Positions 42,336 through 57,719 of a stretch of 64,000 nt of DNA are shown here, one piece after another; position 1 is the stretch's first letter; each line of letters opens with the position of its first letter. The position numbers and the translations under genes are program-made. The stretch is from Eledone cirrhosa. Its lineage: Eukaryota. The DNA lies in contig OZ024741.1 of NCBI GenBank assembly GCA_964016885.1, forward strand, positions 364,808,001 through 364,872,000, given 5' to 3'. A model generated the notes under the pieces. It saw only the letters and a list, made by a program, of their open reading frames with translations, was not told the origin of the DNA and ran no database searches.

Positions 42336-45300
42336 TTTCTTTATTTGCCACAGGGGCGTACAAAAATGGGACATTACAAAACGTGGCGGCGGGGGTTTTA
42401 CATAAAACCTTTAACAATGATAAATATTAATAAACTATATATAAAATAAAACAATCGAAATCCCCATTAGGGGGGGGGGGGGGTTACTGTGGGGTTGTTT
42501 TACATCCCGTGAATAGAACAACCCTCAACGCCAGGAACACGTTTTGTAGGTGTTCCCCTCTTCCCTCTGTTTATCTTCCTCAACCTACAGCTTTATATAC
42601 AGAGAAGGCCCATTCAGTCGGGCCATTTTCGCCACATTCACCCACCTTTCAGCGAATTTACTGGGGTGTAGCACCTTTCTCTCCGCTCTCACCTTCCTTC
42701 TGAAGTGGTACTTAAAGAAGGGGATGAGTTGTTGTCCGGAGAGGAAGGTGTTTGCCCTTAGTCCTTTTAACCTCGTCCACCATATTACCTCTTTCGCGAT
42801 AGCCACCAGACAGGGGAAAACCGCCTCTCCTCATTCTTAAAAGAAGGCGGCGGGGTGATCCTCACGATGGACTCGGCTGACAACTGGATGCGTCCTACAC
42901 GTGACAGTAGCTGTTCGACATAATTCTGTTCGATCAGAGCCCCACCGATGCCAGATTTACACCCTACTCTCTCTATGATGTATCGCAAGAGGTGGAGGTT
43001 GTCATGTATGGACCTGGTCGGGATTTCACACGTTTGCGCTTCCCCTACCAGGTTCTCGACGACAAGCGCCAGCCTCATTGATAACACCTTGGCCAAAATC
43101 TTTAACTCTGTGTTTGGGAGAGTTAGGGGCCTAAAGTTGCTTATATCACCCCTTCTCATTTATCCTGATCAGCATTACTACGCCTCTGCCTACAGAACTG
43201 GGAATCCTCCCGTTCTGCTGCCAGTCGCAGTAGACCGCTTCGAGGACGCCAGAGAACAAGTCTAGCAGCCTATGTAAAACTCATAGGGTAGACCATCTAA
43301 GCCGAGTGATTTACGTTTCCCACAGCGGCCTAGGGCATCTTCTATTTGATCCCCTTTGATCGGCCTTTCGCAGCACTCTGCATCCATGCTCGAGAGTCGT
43401 GGTAGGCCTTCGAAGTAGGAACTGAAGTCCATCACCTCGCTCGACGTACCGGTTTGCCCGAACAGCTTTGCAAAGTGCTGCTGGAAGGCCGTGCACATCT
43501 TCTTGGATTCAAGTAGAATGCGTCTATCATTGTCTTGCAAAGACCGAATTGTGGATTGGTTGCCACTTTTCGCGTCTGCCACTCGGACCCAGTTATTAGC
43601 TTTGGCTCCCTCGTTTCTTAGAGAACGTGTTCTACTTCTGACAATACAACCTTCGTGTTTCACGTTGAAGAACTGGTCTAGTGCCGTTCTCGCCGCTAGC
43701 ACGTTAGCTGTACTGCCATTCCTAAGTGCCTCTTCTACTTTAGCTACCAGTTCCTTTTCAGTTTTTTTTTCTAAAGCTACTTCCTTGCTAAATGCTATCG
43801 ATTCTATTCTAATTGCTCTCTTGAGAGAGTTCCACCACCTGTTGTTGACGATCGCCCCCGTCAACTGGTTCTTAACTAAGGTGCTAACCGTTTATTGTAT
43901 GCCTTGTGCGCCGGGAGCGACATGTTTAGCTTTCAGTATCCGGATCCCTGTCTATGTGTTCTATCAAGTTGATTATGCAGGTGACTAATTTGTGGTCTGA
44001 ATAGGCAACCATGTGCATTTGTGGACAGCTTAATGTTTCCTTATCATTCTGTCTAATTAGAATTCTATCTAAATACAATCTAGAAGACCCCGTGCGGTTG
44101 CTCCACGTCCACAGTGGTGCACTTGGAAAGTCTAGTCGATATCTATCAGCCAGTTGGAATTGGCTGATGAGATTTTTGAGGCTATTACACCTCCCTCTAT
44201 TATCACAAGCTCCAACGTGCGTCTAAGATGCCATTCCAGTCTCCCGCTAACACTAAGGAGCGAGACGTTCCCAGGAATGGCTCCAGACGCTTGAAGAACT
44301 CTGGTCGTGATGTCTCAGTTGGAGCATATACGGCTACCAGTCTGAAAGCTCCACCTTCACTACCATTTACGTTCAGGACCACCAGGCTGCCCTCCGGGTT
44401 CAAGTGAATCGTCTGTACTTTGAGATCCAGGTTTTTTCGAAACAGAACAGCAACTCCCCCTCAACCTGGCTGACAGTGAGATGCGTAGATCTCAAAATTA
44501 TCGAACATGGGGGTTAGCTGCTGCTTGTTGTGAATACTGGACTCGGTGATGGCTATCACATCGATACAGTGTGACCTGAAATCATTTAAAAAGTGGCCCT
44601 GTTTCCAGGGCATGCCCAAGCCACGTACCTTCAAACATCCAACTTATATAATCGCCATGTTGGTGAAGAAGAGTTAGGGAGAGAAAATACAGGAACACTT
44701 ACCTTTTCCTTTTCCTGGAGGTCGGGTTGTTCGATCTCCATGTCCAGATTGGGATGTTTGGGGAGGGAGGGAATCCTTTTAGCAGGACACGGTTAAGGGT
44801 TTTTGGCAAGGGCGGGGGGGTGCACATAATGTGGGAAGTTACCTTTTAATGTTTCGTATTGTAGGGTCGTTGGTGAGGAAGGTTTTCCCTTCCATTTAGA
44901 TTGTGGGGTTCTTTCGGACAGTTTCCCCCAATTCTTTGTTTCTTGTTTTTATGTATGTGTAATGTATATTGTTTTTATGTGTACTGTTTCTGTTTGTAGT
45001 TTTCTTTTCGTGGTTGGAGTTTGTGATTCTGGTGGTGTGGGTGTTTGTTTTGTTGGTGAAGTGTATGGTTGTGTTGTTGGTGTGGTTGTCGTTTGTGGCG
45101 GTATGTTTATGTCAGTGTTGGGTGTATGCGTGTTTTCTGTTGATGTTTTTGTTTTTGTATTTTTTCTGTCTTTTTTGCTTCTTGGATTTTTCCTGTTCCT
45201 TTTCATCCTCACTTGGGGATGTAGAGGTTCTCGTGTCTGAGGTGTTATCATTGTGGGTATGTGGAAGGGGTATGTTGAGTGGTGGTGGAGTGTTTGTGTG

Positions 45301-46950
45301 TGTAATTGTGGGAGTGTTAGACAGAGGTGGAAGGGTGGGACACAGTCCTTCATGGGAATTTTCGGTGTGGTGTCATTTGTGGTTTGTGATGTTTGGGTGA
45401 ATGTTGATGGTTTGGGGGTTATGTTTTTTGTGTTCGTGTGTGTCTTATGTGGTTTGGGGGTTGGAATCAACGCCTTCCTTTGTTTTTCCACATCCAGCAT
45501 TGGGAAAATGCTTTTAAATGTTTTTTCTTTTCACATTTGAACATTGTGGTTTTTTGCCCTCCACTGCGATGTGGACGACATGTTTGTCACCCACTGGCAC
45601 CCTTTCTGGTATTTTTTCAATCCTTTCCGGTTTCATTTGGACCAGGAGCTCCATTTAGATCCCGTTCTAGTTCTGCCGGATTGATTTTTTTACAGAGAGG
45701 AGGTTGTCTTCACCCTCCTCCAAAAAAACACCCAGGATCCACCAAATGTTGGTGTTCGGTAGGATCTGGGAGATCATTATTTTATGGGTTCTTCTTCCCA
45801 TGTATGTTAGAAAGAAGATATGTTAGCTCGTTCTAATTGGGGCCACCGAATATTTCTGGCCGAGGGCCTCGCTTTTAAAGAGCACAGAGATGCTCCCGTA
45901 CTGCTTGGCCCTCTGGAGGTAAGCAATGTCTGGCATTGCCTCATTTAGTGCGGTTTAGAGCCATAGGTTTCTTGGTTTGTGAGCAGATAGTCCAGAAGAA
46001 AATTGTTTTTCTTAAGGTCGTGACCCTAATTTCCGGTGGGATACTTATTCGAAAACTGTTACCCTCGTAAGTTATATGTTGCTCAGTGTCCTTTAGGTGC
46101 TGCGCTTCGTTTGACAGATCTATTTCTATACACTCTGTCTATTTGGCAAGGGTTTCTGCAAACGGTTTTTTTTCGTGTGTTTGGTTGTTTTCCCTTGTGC
46201 TGGAGTTGCTGTTTTTGTTTTTCTTGTTATTGTTGTTGTCTTCGTTGGTGTTGTTTTTGTTTGTTTGTGTTGCCATGGCAAAATTTGGCATGACGTCAGA
46301 GTTGTCCAGCTGTCTGTGAGCAGGCATAGGAATGTCTCCTCTTTGTGCTGGGATTGTTGAATTTGCCTTGTCGCTGACTGCTATATCGGTAGAGGGTCGG
46401 ACGCCCTGCTTTGCAACACAGAGTTACGCCCCTTTATGATCTGAGTTCAAATCTCGTCGAGGTTAACCTTGCCTTTCATTCTTACGGGGTCAATAAAATT
46501 AAGTACCAGTAATGCACTAGGATAATTGCTGGCCTTGTACCAAATATAGAAACAATTATTAGAGGGGAAGGCTGCTGTGGTAGTAAGCAAGCAGTCCCCT
46601 TTCCATTTTCTTCTTTTGGCCAGAAAATTGTTTTCTTTTCGGCCGTTATTTCAGGATTGGTGAAAGTGGTGGAAGTAGAGGATATAATGTCTTCTTTTAC
46701 GCTCCTCTTTCCAAGAACTTTCTCTGTGTTTAAAGGAGGCAGCATTTCTGATGCCATTTAAAAATTTTCACAAACAGTATTTTTTTCAATTTTGAGATTG
46801 GAAAGTAAATTTTCGCCCTTAGAAAAACCAGCCCCTTGGAGTTTCAGGGTGTTGGTTTATCTTTAAAACAATGTAAAAATCAGAAATTTCACCAGAAAAT
46901 TTAAACAAAAACTCACCAGTGAGTCATCACACGTCTACCCATGTGGAGGA
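42336..46950 (-). mobile_element. Tx1/L1-clade LINE with an internal RT deletion and a SINE A insertion (46380-46560) in ORF1
   Basis: AVYAP..LAGDWN, GLDGLPYEFY, FRPLTL. GGALI is fused directly to YVEQLL near 42930. Confidence 0.88.
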
Positions 46951-46980
46951 TTGATAGATAGATAGCTAGATAGATAGATA

Positions 46981-47843
46981 AATTTCTTTATTAGCCACAA
47001 GGGCACAAAAGAAGGGGACAAATACAAATGGGGAGTTTATATACAGGTATATGAAAATAAAACTATTAATAAAATAACAAATAACAATTGAAATCCCCAA
47101 TAGGGGGAGGCGTTACACAGGGGTTGTACACACCCCGAAAAAATGTACAGCCCTCATTTCCAGGAGCACCAAGAGTGAGTACTCCCTTCCTCTCTTCCTC
47201 TTTTTCCTCAACCTACAGGCTTATATAGAGAGAAGGCCCAACCATTCGGGCCATCTTTTCCACATTCACCCACCTTTTATAAAATTTGCTGGGGTACAGC
47301 ACCTCTCTCTCCATCCTGATTCTTCTTCCAAAATGATATTTGAAAAAACGAATCAGTTGCTCGCCGGAGAGAAAGGTATCTGACCTCAGCCCTTTTAACC
47401 TCGTCCACCATATAACCTTTTTCACCATAGCCATAACACAGGAAAACCGCCTCTCCCTTGTTTTTGAAGGAGGGTGGCGGTTTGATCATGACAATGGACT
47501 CGGTGGTCAACTGGATTGGTCCCACCCGCGACAATAGTCGTTCTACATAGCCCTACAGGTCGGTAACGCCCGGGCAGTGTACAAATGCGTGCGCGACGGT
47601 TTCCTCGTCGCGCACGCATCTCGGACAGATCTTTTTCGAAGGGTCCCTGCCCGGGCGCTCGTGTCTGTAGAGCTTGTCTCGAACTGGTAGAGCTCCTCGG
47701 TAGCACTGCTAGGCCAGGGACTTTTGGAAGTTGTCCATTGATCCCGGGCGGAATGTCCTACTGAACAGAGTGGCCAATTCGTCCTCTTCTACGCCTAGAG
47801 TTTCTCCGAGCGCGTCGTCGCACTTGCTGCGGACCAACCCTCT
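46981..47843 (-). mobile_element. 5'-truncated Tx1/L1 LINE
   Basis: C-terminal ORF2 plus 3' UTR, between GATA repeats. Confidence 0.9.
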
Positions 47844-47870
47844 AATAGATAGATAGATAGATAGATAGAT

Positions 47871-48237
47871 AAATTTCTTTATTAGCCACAAGGGCGCAAA
47901 AGAAGGGGACAAATACAAATGGGGAGTTTACATACAGGTATATGAAAATAAAACTATTAATACAATAACAAATAACAATTGAAATCCCCAATGGGTGGGG
48001 GGTTTACACAGGGGTTGTACACACCCCGAAAAAATGTACAAACCTCATCTCCAGGAGCACCAAGAGTGAGTACTCCCTTCCTCTCTTCCTCTTTTTCCTC
48101 AATCTACAGGCTTATATAGAGAGAAGACCCAACCACTCGGGCCATCTTTGCCACATTCACCCACCTTTTATAAAATTTGCTGGGGTACAGCACCTCTCTC
48201 TCCATCCTGATTCTTCTTCCAAAATGATATTTGAAAA
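47871..48237 (-). mobile_element. 5'-truncated Tx1/L1 LINE (tandem)
   Basis: Near-identical to 46981-47346, between GATA repeats. Confidence 0.9.
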
Positions 48238-48317
48238 GATAGATAGATAGATAGGGATGCATACATAGAGACAGGTAGATAGATAACAAATACAGATAGA
48301 AATATATATATAAAGAT

Positions 48318-48432
48318 AGGCGCATGGCTGAGTAATTAGAGAATTGGATTCGCAATCGTGAGGTTGTAGGTTCGATTCCTGGACCGGGTGATGCCTTGTG
48401 TCCTTGAGCAAGACACTTTATTTCATGTTCCT
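48318..48432 (+). mobile_element. tRNA-head CORE-like SINE (family C)
   Basis: TGGCTGAGTAAT..GGTTCGATTCC..TTGTGTCCTTGAGCAAGACACTTTA. Related decayed copies near 19040-19270, 48640-48930, 61070-61370 and 62200-62505. Confidence 0.75.
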
Positions 48433-49330
48433 TCTACCTGGAGTTGCGGCCGATAGATAGTATTAGCAATTGGAAAGACCAATGGAAACATTGCTTCCTC
48501 GGTCTGATTTGACGATCGACTGTCGATATAATATAATGATAGGTACCCGAGTAGTTAGTTAGGTAGATAGACAGATGAACTGATACTCACGCACATGCGT
48601 ACTGTGGACGTTTTGATAAAATTAATGAAATTTATTCCACTTGTTTGAACCACAAAGCAGCCTGCTCATAAAATGTTTAAGTAGATGAGCATTTCACAGA
48701 CACGTGTACACTTAACGTAATTCTCCGTGAAATTCAGCGCGACACAATTTGTGATAAGGTTGGCTATTTAAATTAGAGGTACAGTCTACCCATCTAACCA
48801 ATTTCATTCACAACCCATGGGTCAATCCGAAGCTATTGTAACTGAAACGTGCCCTAGATGCCACACAGTAGGATCGAACACTGGACGTAATGATAGCGAA
48901 GTGAACCACTTAGCCAATCAGTCATACTGTATCTATATTTTCTTTTAGAATATTGGAACATTGAAGCAAAGAATGAATCTTTTACTTTCAAAATCGAGTG
49001 ACCCAGCACTAGCGAAAACGTGATATTTCATGCGGGTGGCGTGTTTGAATCATTTATTTTCTAAACAATTCTATTTTTCTACACCAACCAATGTAAAATC
49101 TTGTGGATTTATTTCGTAATCCAGTCTTTTTTCTTCGTATTCATTAATACTACATTTTTCTGATGGTAGGATGTGATTTGAGGGAATTTGACTATTATTA
49201 TCAGATAGCACAACAGCAAAGAGGCTCCATTATTCCGCCGCGTGTTTGTATGTAATATTTATTTGTGTAAATAAAGCCGCCTTTGAAGAACGAAATATGT
49301 AAAGTCTAGGCTAACCTACTCTCTCCACGC

Positions 49331-49368
<38 letters not shown>

Positions 49369-50004
49369 AAAGTCTAGTAACGCTGTTTACTCTTTCCCAG
49401 TCGTTCTTTAAATATGCTTGGGCACACACACACACACACGCGTACACTGCAATTATTTTGTAGTGTAATGCATAATATGGGTAGCCTACTAAGTTTGTAC
49501 GGTATGTAAACTAATAAATTTTCTATTCCTTGTGCAATACTTTAACAAAGTCAACATTGATAACAACAGTAGCAACCATTACAACAATAACAACAACGCA
49601 AGCAACAAAAGCAAGGACAAAAATAACAACAACAAAAGCAACAACAAGGTATTGTTTTGTCGTTTCCGAGTTTACTTTGTGTTGCTACAAACACTGAAAT
49701 ATTCCATTATTTTAGTAAAACGATGTGAGATCGATAAGTAAATTTGCTTATATTTCTGTTATAGATGGAACGGCAGAGAACGATTGAATAGTTCGATGAA
49801 ACCAGATGATGTTATGGCTATGTAGTAACAGTTGTTGTCGTCGTCTTTGTTGTTGTTGTTGCTGTTGTTGTTGTTGTATTACTTCCTAATCTATCACACG
49901 AACTTTTATTGGTTCTCAAACCTCCTATCATTTCGTCACCTCATACAATATATATATATATATATATATATAAATGTATGATACATATATACACACACAT
50001 ATCA

Positions 50005-50091
<87 letters not shown>

Positions 50092-50114
50092 CAGTAGTTG
50101 CAAGAGTGGGAGGC

Positions 50115-50160
50115 ATCGTGCTGACGAGAACCAGTTCAGTTCGAAATGCGCATCCATGAT
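50115..50160 (+). ncRNA. Canonical minimal type I hammerhead
   Basis: ATCGTG-CTGACGA-GAAC cagttca GTTC-GAAA-TGCGCA-TC-CATGAT. Confidence 0.92.
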
Positions 50161-50427
50161 TGTCCCCTTTGCTTCTGATGGAAACCGCCAGACGGCGTTA
50201 GTCGCTGGCGTTTTGACCTAGCTACGGCTCTCTACATGTTTATTTTAAACATACCGTATTTCTTCTGAAATACAAAATTCCAATACGTATCTGTATACAA
50301 TTATGCCTGAAGCTAAATTATAATTCTATACATAGTAGAACACTGGAGGGTTATATCCATAGTAGTAGAGCACTCAGTCTATGGGACAAGTTTGGTAGAA
50401 GTAGTTCCACAACAGTTAGTTCACCAT

Positions 50428-50470
50428 ACCGAGAACAATTGTTTCACATTATTCGGATCCTCAGCTCGGT
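50428..50470 (-). ncRNA. Type I hammerhead (weak stem II)
   Basis: Reverse complement: ACCGAG-CTGAGGA-tccgaataatgt-GAAA-CAATTG-TT-CTCGGT. Confidence 0.75.
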
Positions 50471-50530
50471 CAAAATGAAATTGTACGGAAAGGAAAAACA
50501 ACCGTACGAATACGAACACACACACACACG

Positions 50531-50589
<59 letters not shown>

Positions 50590-50648
50590 ACATACGTACA
50601 CACACACACGCATATATATATATATACATACATATAATATATTGTATG

Positions 50649-50687
<39 letters not shown>

Positions 50688-51097
50688 ATATATAAACACA
50701 CACACACACACATATATATATATATTCATAAAATGTTCGCTCGTCCACTTGTTGCTTTGTCCACCTGTCCACCCGCATATGTTTTTTCATAAGGGAAAGC
50801 ACATATATTGCGGATGGGTGAAAATGTTTTCTTATTGCGGGAGAAAACCTTCTGATGAAATTATGTACATCCAATGTTAATTGTCTTGGTTAGTTAAGAT
50901 AATTTATATCGGTCTTAAGCTTTGAAATTGCCGTAAAGGAATTTTGACATGAGTATAAATTGATACTTCTCTGAATATATGAATATATTTTGCTAACAAC
51001 TCCCATCCTATGAATACATTATACTTGGAACAATTAATTGAGCCAACCCTGCAGCATTTGGGCGTTTAGTATATATACATCCGATTATATATATATT

Positions 51098-51175
<78 letters not shown>

Positions 51176-51554
51176 CGCGTATATACAGTATATACACATA
51201 TAAAGTATATATATATATATGCTCCTCTTGGTTGAGAAAAAATTTGGTCGTTCTGACTGCTGCTAGTTATAGCGGTAGCCAACTGACCTCCCTGCCTCTG
51301 CCTCTATCTTTACACTCGGCCCTTGAAAAAATTGATTCCACTTCATTTACTCTCATCTCGGGAACAATTTTGAATAGCGCCAGTTCGTAATTTGAATTCG
51401 AGAATTTTATAGTCTTCGAATGAAAAGATCCTTCTGACGAGAATCTTTCTTTGCAACGAAGGCCGCATGGTAAAGGTAACTATAGTAAGTAAAGTTAATT
51501 TTTTAAATTTATTTTGAAACTTTTTCTTATTTGCTAAACCTTGATTATATATAT

Positions 51555-52040
51555 AGTTTTAATATAGATGAGATTCTACAGGACTAGAACTGTTTAATTC
51601 TTTAGAAATCATTAGGAATCTGGCTTTCCAAAAATAAATGTTGAGGTATTTATATCTTTTCAGGTGGTAGGAGAAGGTGGGGAGTGGAATGGGTGGAAGT
51701 CATTGGTTGAAAGAAAAGGGAATTCATTAAAAGCTAATTCTTTAAGGCTATAATTTATATTTAGAGTGAGTGACAAAGGCAGAAAGAATTCTATAAACAA
51801 GTTCAGAATGGGGTGCCACTCCTTATTTTTAAGTTTCTCTTAAGCTAACAATGCCTATATTTCAGGTGTCTATAAGAAGGTTGGGGGTCGGTCATGGTTA
51901 ATGGATTTAAAGAAAAGGGAAATTCTTTAAAAGCTAATTCTTTAAAGCTCTACTTAGAGTGACAAAGGCCAAGAGAATTCTATATTGGGTGACTATCATA
52001 GCATTATTGTCATATTTCTCTTAAGCTATATTCCGGGTGT
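51555..52040 (-). repeat. pLTR of the 55-57 kb Naiad family plus a tandem partial copy; hammerhead core mutated
   Basis: 51558-51847 is the reverse complement of about 57362-57652. The core reads CTAATGA / TAAA. Confidence 0.8.
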
Positions 52041-52049
52041 CAACAGACA

Positions 52050-52131
<82 letters not shown>

Positions 52132-52240
52132 CATATATATATAGTGGTGGAACACTGGAAGGTAATATCCGGAGTGGTAGAGCACTCAGTCCAATGGACG
52201 AGTTAGGTAGAAGTGGTTACACAACAGTTAGTTCACCATA

Positions 52241-52280
52241 CTGAAAACAATTGTTTCACCTTCGCGGATCTTCAGCTCGG
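52241..52280 (-). ncRNA. Type I hammerhead
   Basis: Reverse complement: CCGAG-CTGAAGA-tCC gcgaa GGt-GAAA-CAATTG-TT-TTCAG. Confidence 0.8.
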
Positions 52281-52604
52281 GATGTGTATGGTTATAGGAA
52301 CAGGAAGGACAACCGTACGAACGCGCATGCGCAGAAACTCGGTCACTTCACACAGGCACAGCACACACGTTGTCCACACGTCACCAAACATCTATTGCAT
52401 AACTACAAGGCTCCGGACTAATTCTTTGTAATATTATTTTTAATTTTTTAAATTTTATTTTCAACCTAAAAACTTTCCGTACTTTCGCAGTTATCTCCCT
52501 TACACCTCCCGCACGCAGTCTAGTATTGCCTGTGTGAAGTGATCGAGTTTCTGCGCATGCGCGTTCGTTCGGTTGTCTTTCCTGTTCCTATAACCATACA
52601 CATC

Positions 52605-52644
52605 CCGAGCTGAAGATCCGCGAAGGTGAAAAAATTGTTCTCGG
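52605..52644 (+). ncRNA. Type I hammerhead
   Basis: CCGAG-CTGAAGA-tCC gcgaa GGt-GAAA-aAATTG-TT-CTCGG. Confidence 0.8.
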
Positions 52645-52867
52645 TATGGTGAACTAACTGTTGTGTAACCACTTCTACATATATATATATATTTACGTGT
52701 TTCCCTTATTTACGTGTCCCAACGATTTTCTTTAGCCGTTGCTCGCACCAACCGTAGGTATATGGTCTTTAAAGCGATGAAATACCAATGAAGGTTGGAA
52801 GATCACTGATGAAGGACTAACTTCATTCATATGTAACCCATTTGCAACCACGCAGCACGTTTGTTTT

Positions 52868-54840
<1,973 letters not shown>

Positions 54841-55120
54841 ACAAACATGCCCATATGCAGGTACATGTGATCACACAGCGATATGCATACAAACGAACGG
54901 CCACTCATACAAATACATACAAACATGTACTCATAAATATACGCATATACACAGGCACATAAAAACAGCTCTACAAGCAGAAAATGCAGATAGGTAAGAG
55001 GTACATACATAACCATAGTGCCGTCTTTCAGGTGGAGGAGGGGTAGGGGTGGGCGGGAAGAAGGTAGAAGGGCTATTTTGTCGGCTGGCGTTTTAAAAAA
55101 AGAGGTGGGGGGAGTCGTTT

Positions 55121-57255
55121 TTAGCCATCGGGCATTAATACTGGCTTAAGGTATTTGAAAGTTGCAAAGTTTTTGTGCATGCAGTTCGGGCAGTGTTCAG
55201 AGATTTTGTTTAGTAGCGGGCCCTTGGCGAATAAAATTTCGTAGCGGTCTGAGATACAAAGGTCGCAGCACTTGCGTCCTCCGTTGTATGAGCGCGCTTT
55301 CTGGAGTATTTTCCATTTAAGCCTGAAGGGGGTGGAGATCCTTTTGAGGTCCCAAACATAGGAGGCGAGTGTTGTCTGATTTGATTTATCCGGTCCTCTC
55401 AAGGAGTGGGTATGGGCATACTACCGGGTCTTAAAGTTATTGGAAGTCATGCCGATGTAAGTCTTTTTGTTGTTGCAATCATCGGTGCCTGAGATGACAT
55501 CACATTTGTATACGATATCATTTGTCAGGCATTTGTTTTCAAGTGGGCAGGCTTCCTTATTTAGGCAATTACACAAGGCCCCAGTCCGGGGATCGGGTTC
55601 GGAGGTGGTTGGCTTATTTAATTTTTTAGAATTGTGATTGGCTATATTCCTAGCTAGGTTAGGTGTGGTGGAGTAGGAGAGTCTTATTGTGTTCTTATTA
55701 AAGATGGTGTAGTACCTTTGTTGTATGGGGAAGTGTGTGTTCAGCAAAGTGAAGAAAATCCTAGTTATAGGTGTAGAGATCTCTCTATTGAAGGGAGGGC
55801 TGTACCAGCTAATCTGCCTATGCCTATTCCTCCTATGCAGTCTTGCGGTGGTTTCTAGGTAGGTTGTCTTTTCTTTAAATCCGCTGCGGGTGAGGGCTTT
55901 ATTGTAGTAGGAGGCAGAGGCGTTAAAAATATCTTCATTGGCAGAAAGGCCAGAGATTCTAATAGAGACGCTTTTTACTAAGTTATCAGTGATGTTTTGG
56001 GGGTGGTTAGAATTAACATTAATATATCTAAGGGACTCATTAGGTTTGTGGTACGGGTAATAGAAGGAAGTATCTAGGTCGAGAGTGACATCTAAAAAGT
56101 TGGCCCTAGTCATATTAGATTCTATAGTTATACTAAATCCTAGATTACGGAAGAAAGAGCTTAAGTTTCTCCGAAACCCATCAGTGGTTCTGGGGTTAAC
56201 TTTTTGCAGGGCGAAGAGGTCGTTGTCTCAGTATAAACCTCCGGTTCTTCGGGTGATGTAAAATATACAGGCCCACAAGGTCGCTAATTTCAGCCGGGTC
56301 ACTCGCTCCCATGCTGACGTCAAATGGGGTCTGAGACTTCTTATTGATCCAGTAAGATCCATCGTGGTATAGGAAGGTCTTACGGGCATGGAGGATAACA
56401 TCTTGCTCAGCATCGGTTATGATGGTAAAATTCCTGGCAAATGTAATTGCGTCCTTCAAGAGGGGCTCCGAGATCGAAGCATAGTAGTTTTCTATGTCGA
56501 GTTGCAGGAAGCGACTGTGGCGTTTGTCGGGTAATTCTTGGAACCAAGATATTGCCTCAGATGTTCTGCTCCAGAGTGGGAGTGGTGAGGCAACCCGCAA
56601 TGATGGTAGAACTCTATCTAGGATCTTCTTACTGATAGAGCCGATGTCCGAACGAGTGGGGTTGATAAGTCTGACTGATGGTTTGTTGAGGAAGTTTCCT
56701 TTATTGTCCTTCAGGGTAAAGTGCGGGGTCTTTACCCTTAAAGGTTCGATTCTGTCATGTAATTTAAGGGACTTGGCGATTTCTTTTCCGGCCGCGTTTT
56801 TCTCAGTCAATGCCATCTCTATTACATTTTTGTAGGTGGTCGTGATGGTATTTTTTGCCAGCTTATTGTAGGTCTGTGGGTCTACCTCATAAGCGTTTTT
56901 GGTTTTATCGGAGGAGACATGAAGATTAGGGGATTTTTTTTATATTCCGCATTTCAGTATTTAAGTAGGCCTGGAATGGTGTGGTGGCTCTACGAAATTT
57001 GATATCTTTGATCATCTTGAAGAGGTCTTCTTCAAATGGTTCAAGTAGGCTGTTGGTGGGTGGTGCCTTATTCGTCCTGAAGCCGAAGTTCTCATCACTG
57101 GTAGATGCTACATCAGGGTTGTCGAGGAAGAAGTCTCTCCCTCTAATTCGCTTGATGAACTCGCCGGTACGTCTGATGAGTGTTTTTAGGTAAAGTTTCC
57201 TTTGAGGGATGGGGATGTTCTTCATGGAGACATCAAGGTCGAGTTTGGTCAGCAT
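55121..57255 (-). pseudogene. Second Naiad-type PLE ORF, full-length but with frameshifts and stops
   Basis: SMKNIPIP, RLINPTRSDIG, FLQLDIENYYASI, FDVSMGA, GLY*DN, FLDVTL, CNCLNKEACPLENKC, IVY..YIGMT, CDLC..CMH. Confidence 0.93.
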
Positions 57256-57583
57256 AGTTTCTTGGTGATGGTTATAAGGGGTACAAAGAGTGCTAAAAGG
57301 TAAGTTATTCCGGGTTGAATCGGAGGTAACCACAGTAAGTAAGGTACTCAATACATAGCAGTTAGCTTAAGAGAAACTTAAAAATAAGGAGTGGCATCCC
57401 ATTCTGAACTTGTTTATAGAATACTTTCTGCCTTTGTCACTCTAAATATAAATTATAGCCTTAAAAAATTAGCTTTTAATGAATTCCCTTTTCTTTCAAC
57501 CAATGACCCCACCGATCCCCCTCCCCACCTTCTCCTACCACCTGAAAAGATATAAATACCACAACATTTATTTTTGGAAAGCC

Positions 57584-57634
57584 AGATTCCTGATGATTTC
57601 TAAAGAATGAAACAGTTCTAGTCCTGTAGAATCT
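57584..57634 (+). ncRNA. Type I hammerhead in the inverted 5' pLTR
   Basis: AGATTC-CTGATGA-tTTC taaa GAAt-GAA-ACAG ttctagtc CTGT-A-GAATCT. 57662-57722 is the reverse complement of 57298-57358. Confidence 0.88.
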
Positions 57635-57719
57635 CATCTATATTAAAACTTTTATACTCTACTATGTATTGAGTACCTGACTTACTGTGGTTACCTGCGA
57701 TTCAACCCGGAAGAACTTA

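Larger units (their letters stand above)
52207..52678. repeat. Inverted pLTR pair (52207-52359 / 52527-52678)
   Basis: Direct comparison; both arms carry hammerheads. Confidence 0.92.

Noticed and set aside
52806-52830. CTGATGAAGG (also the CTGANGA at 11636, 20076, 50852 and 51434)
   Set aside because: No downstream GAAA core in register.
55121-57255. Selenocysteine recoding, as reported for some Naiads
   Set aside because: Conserved Cys positions are Cys codons in both Naiad ORFs. The in-frame TGA falls at the Arg of YRDD and the other stop is TAG. No convincing SECIS was seen.
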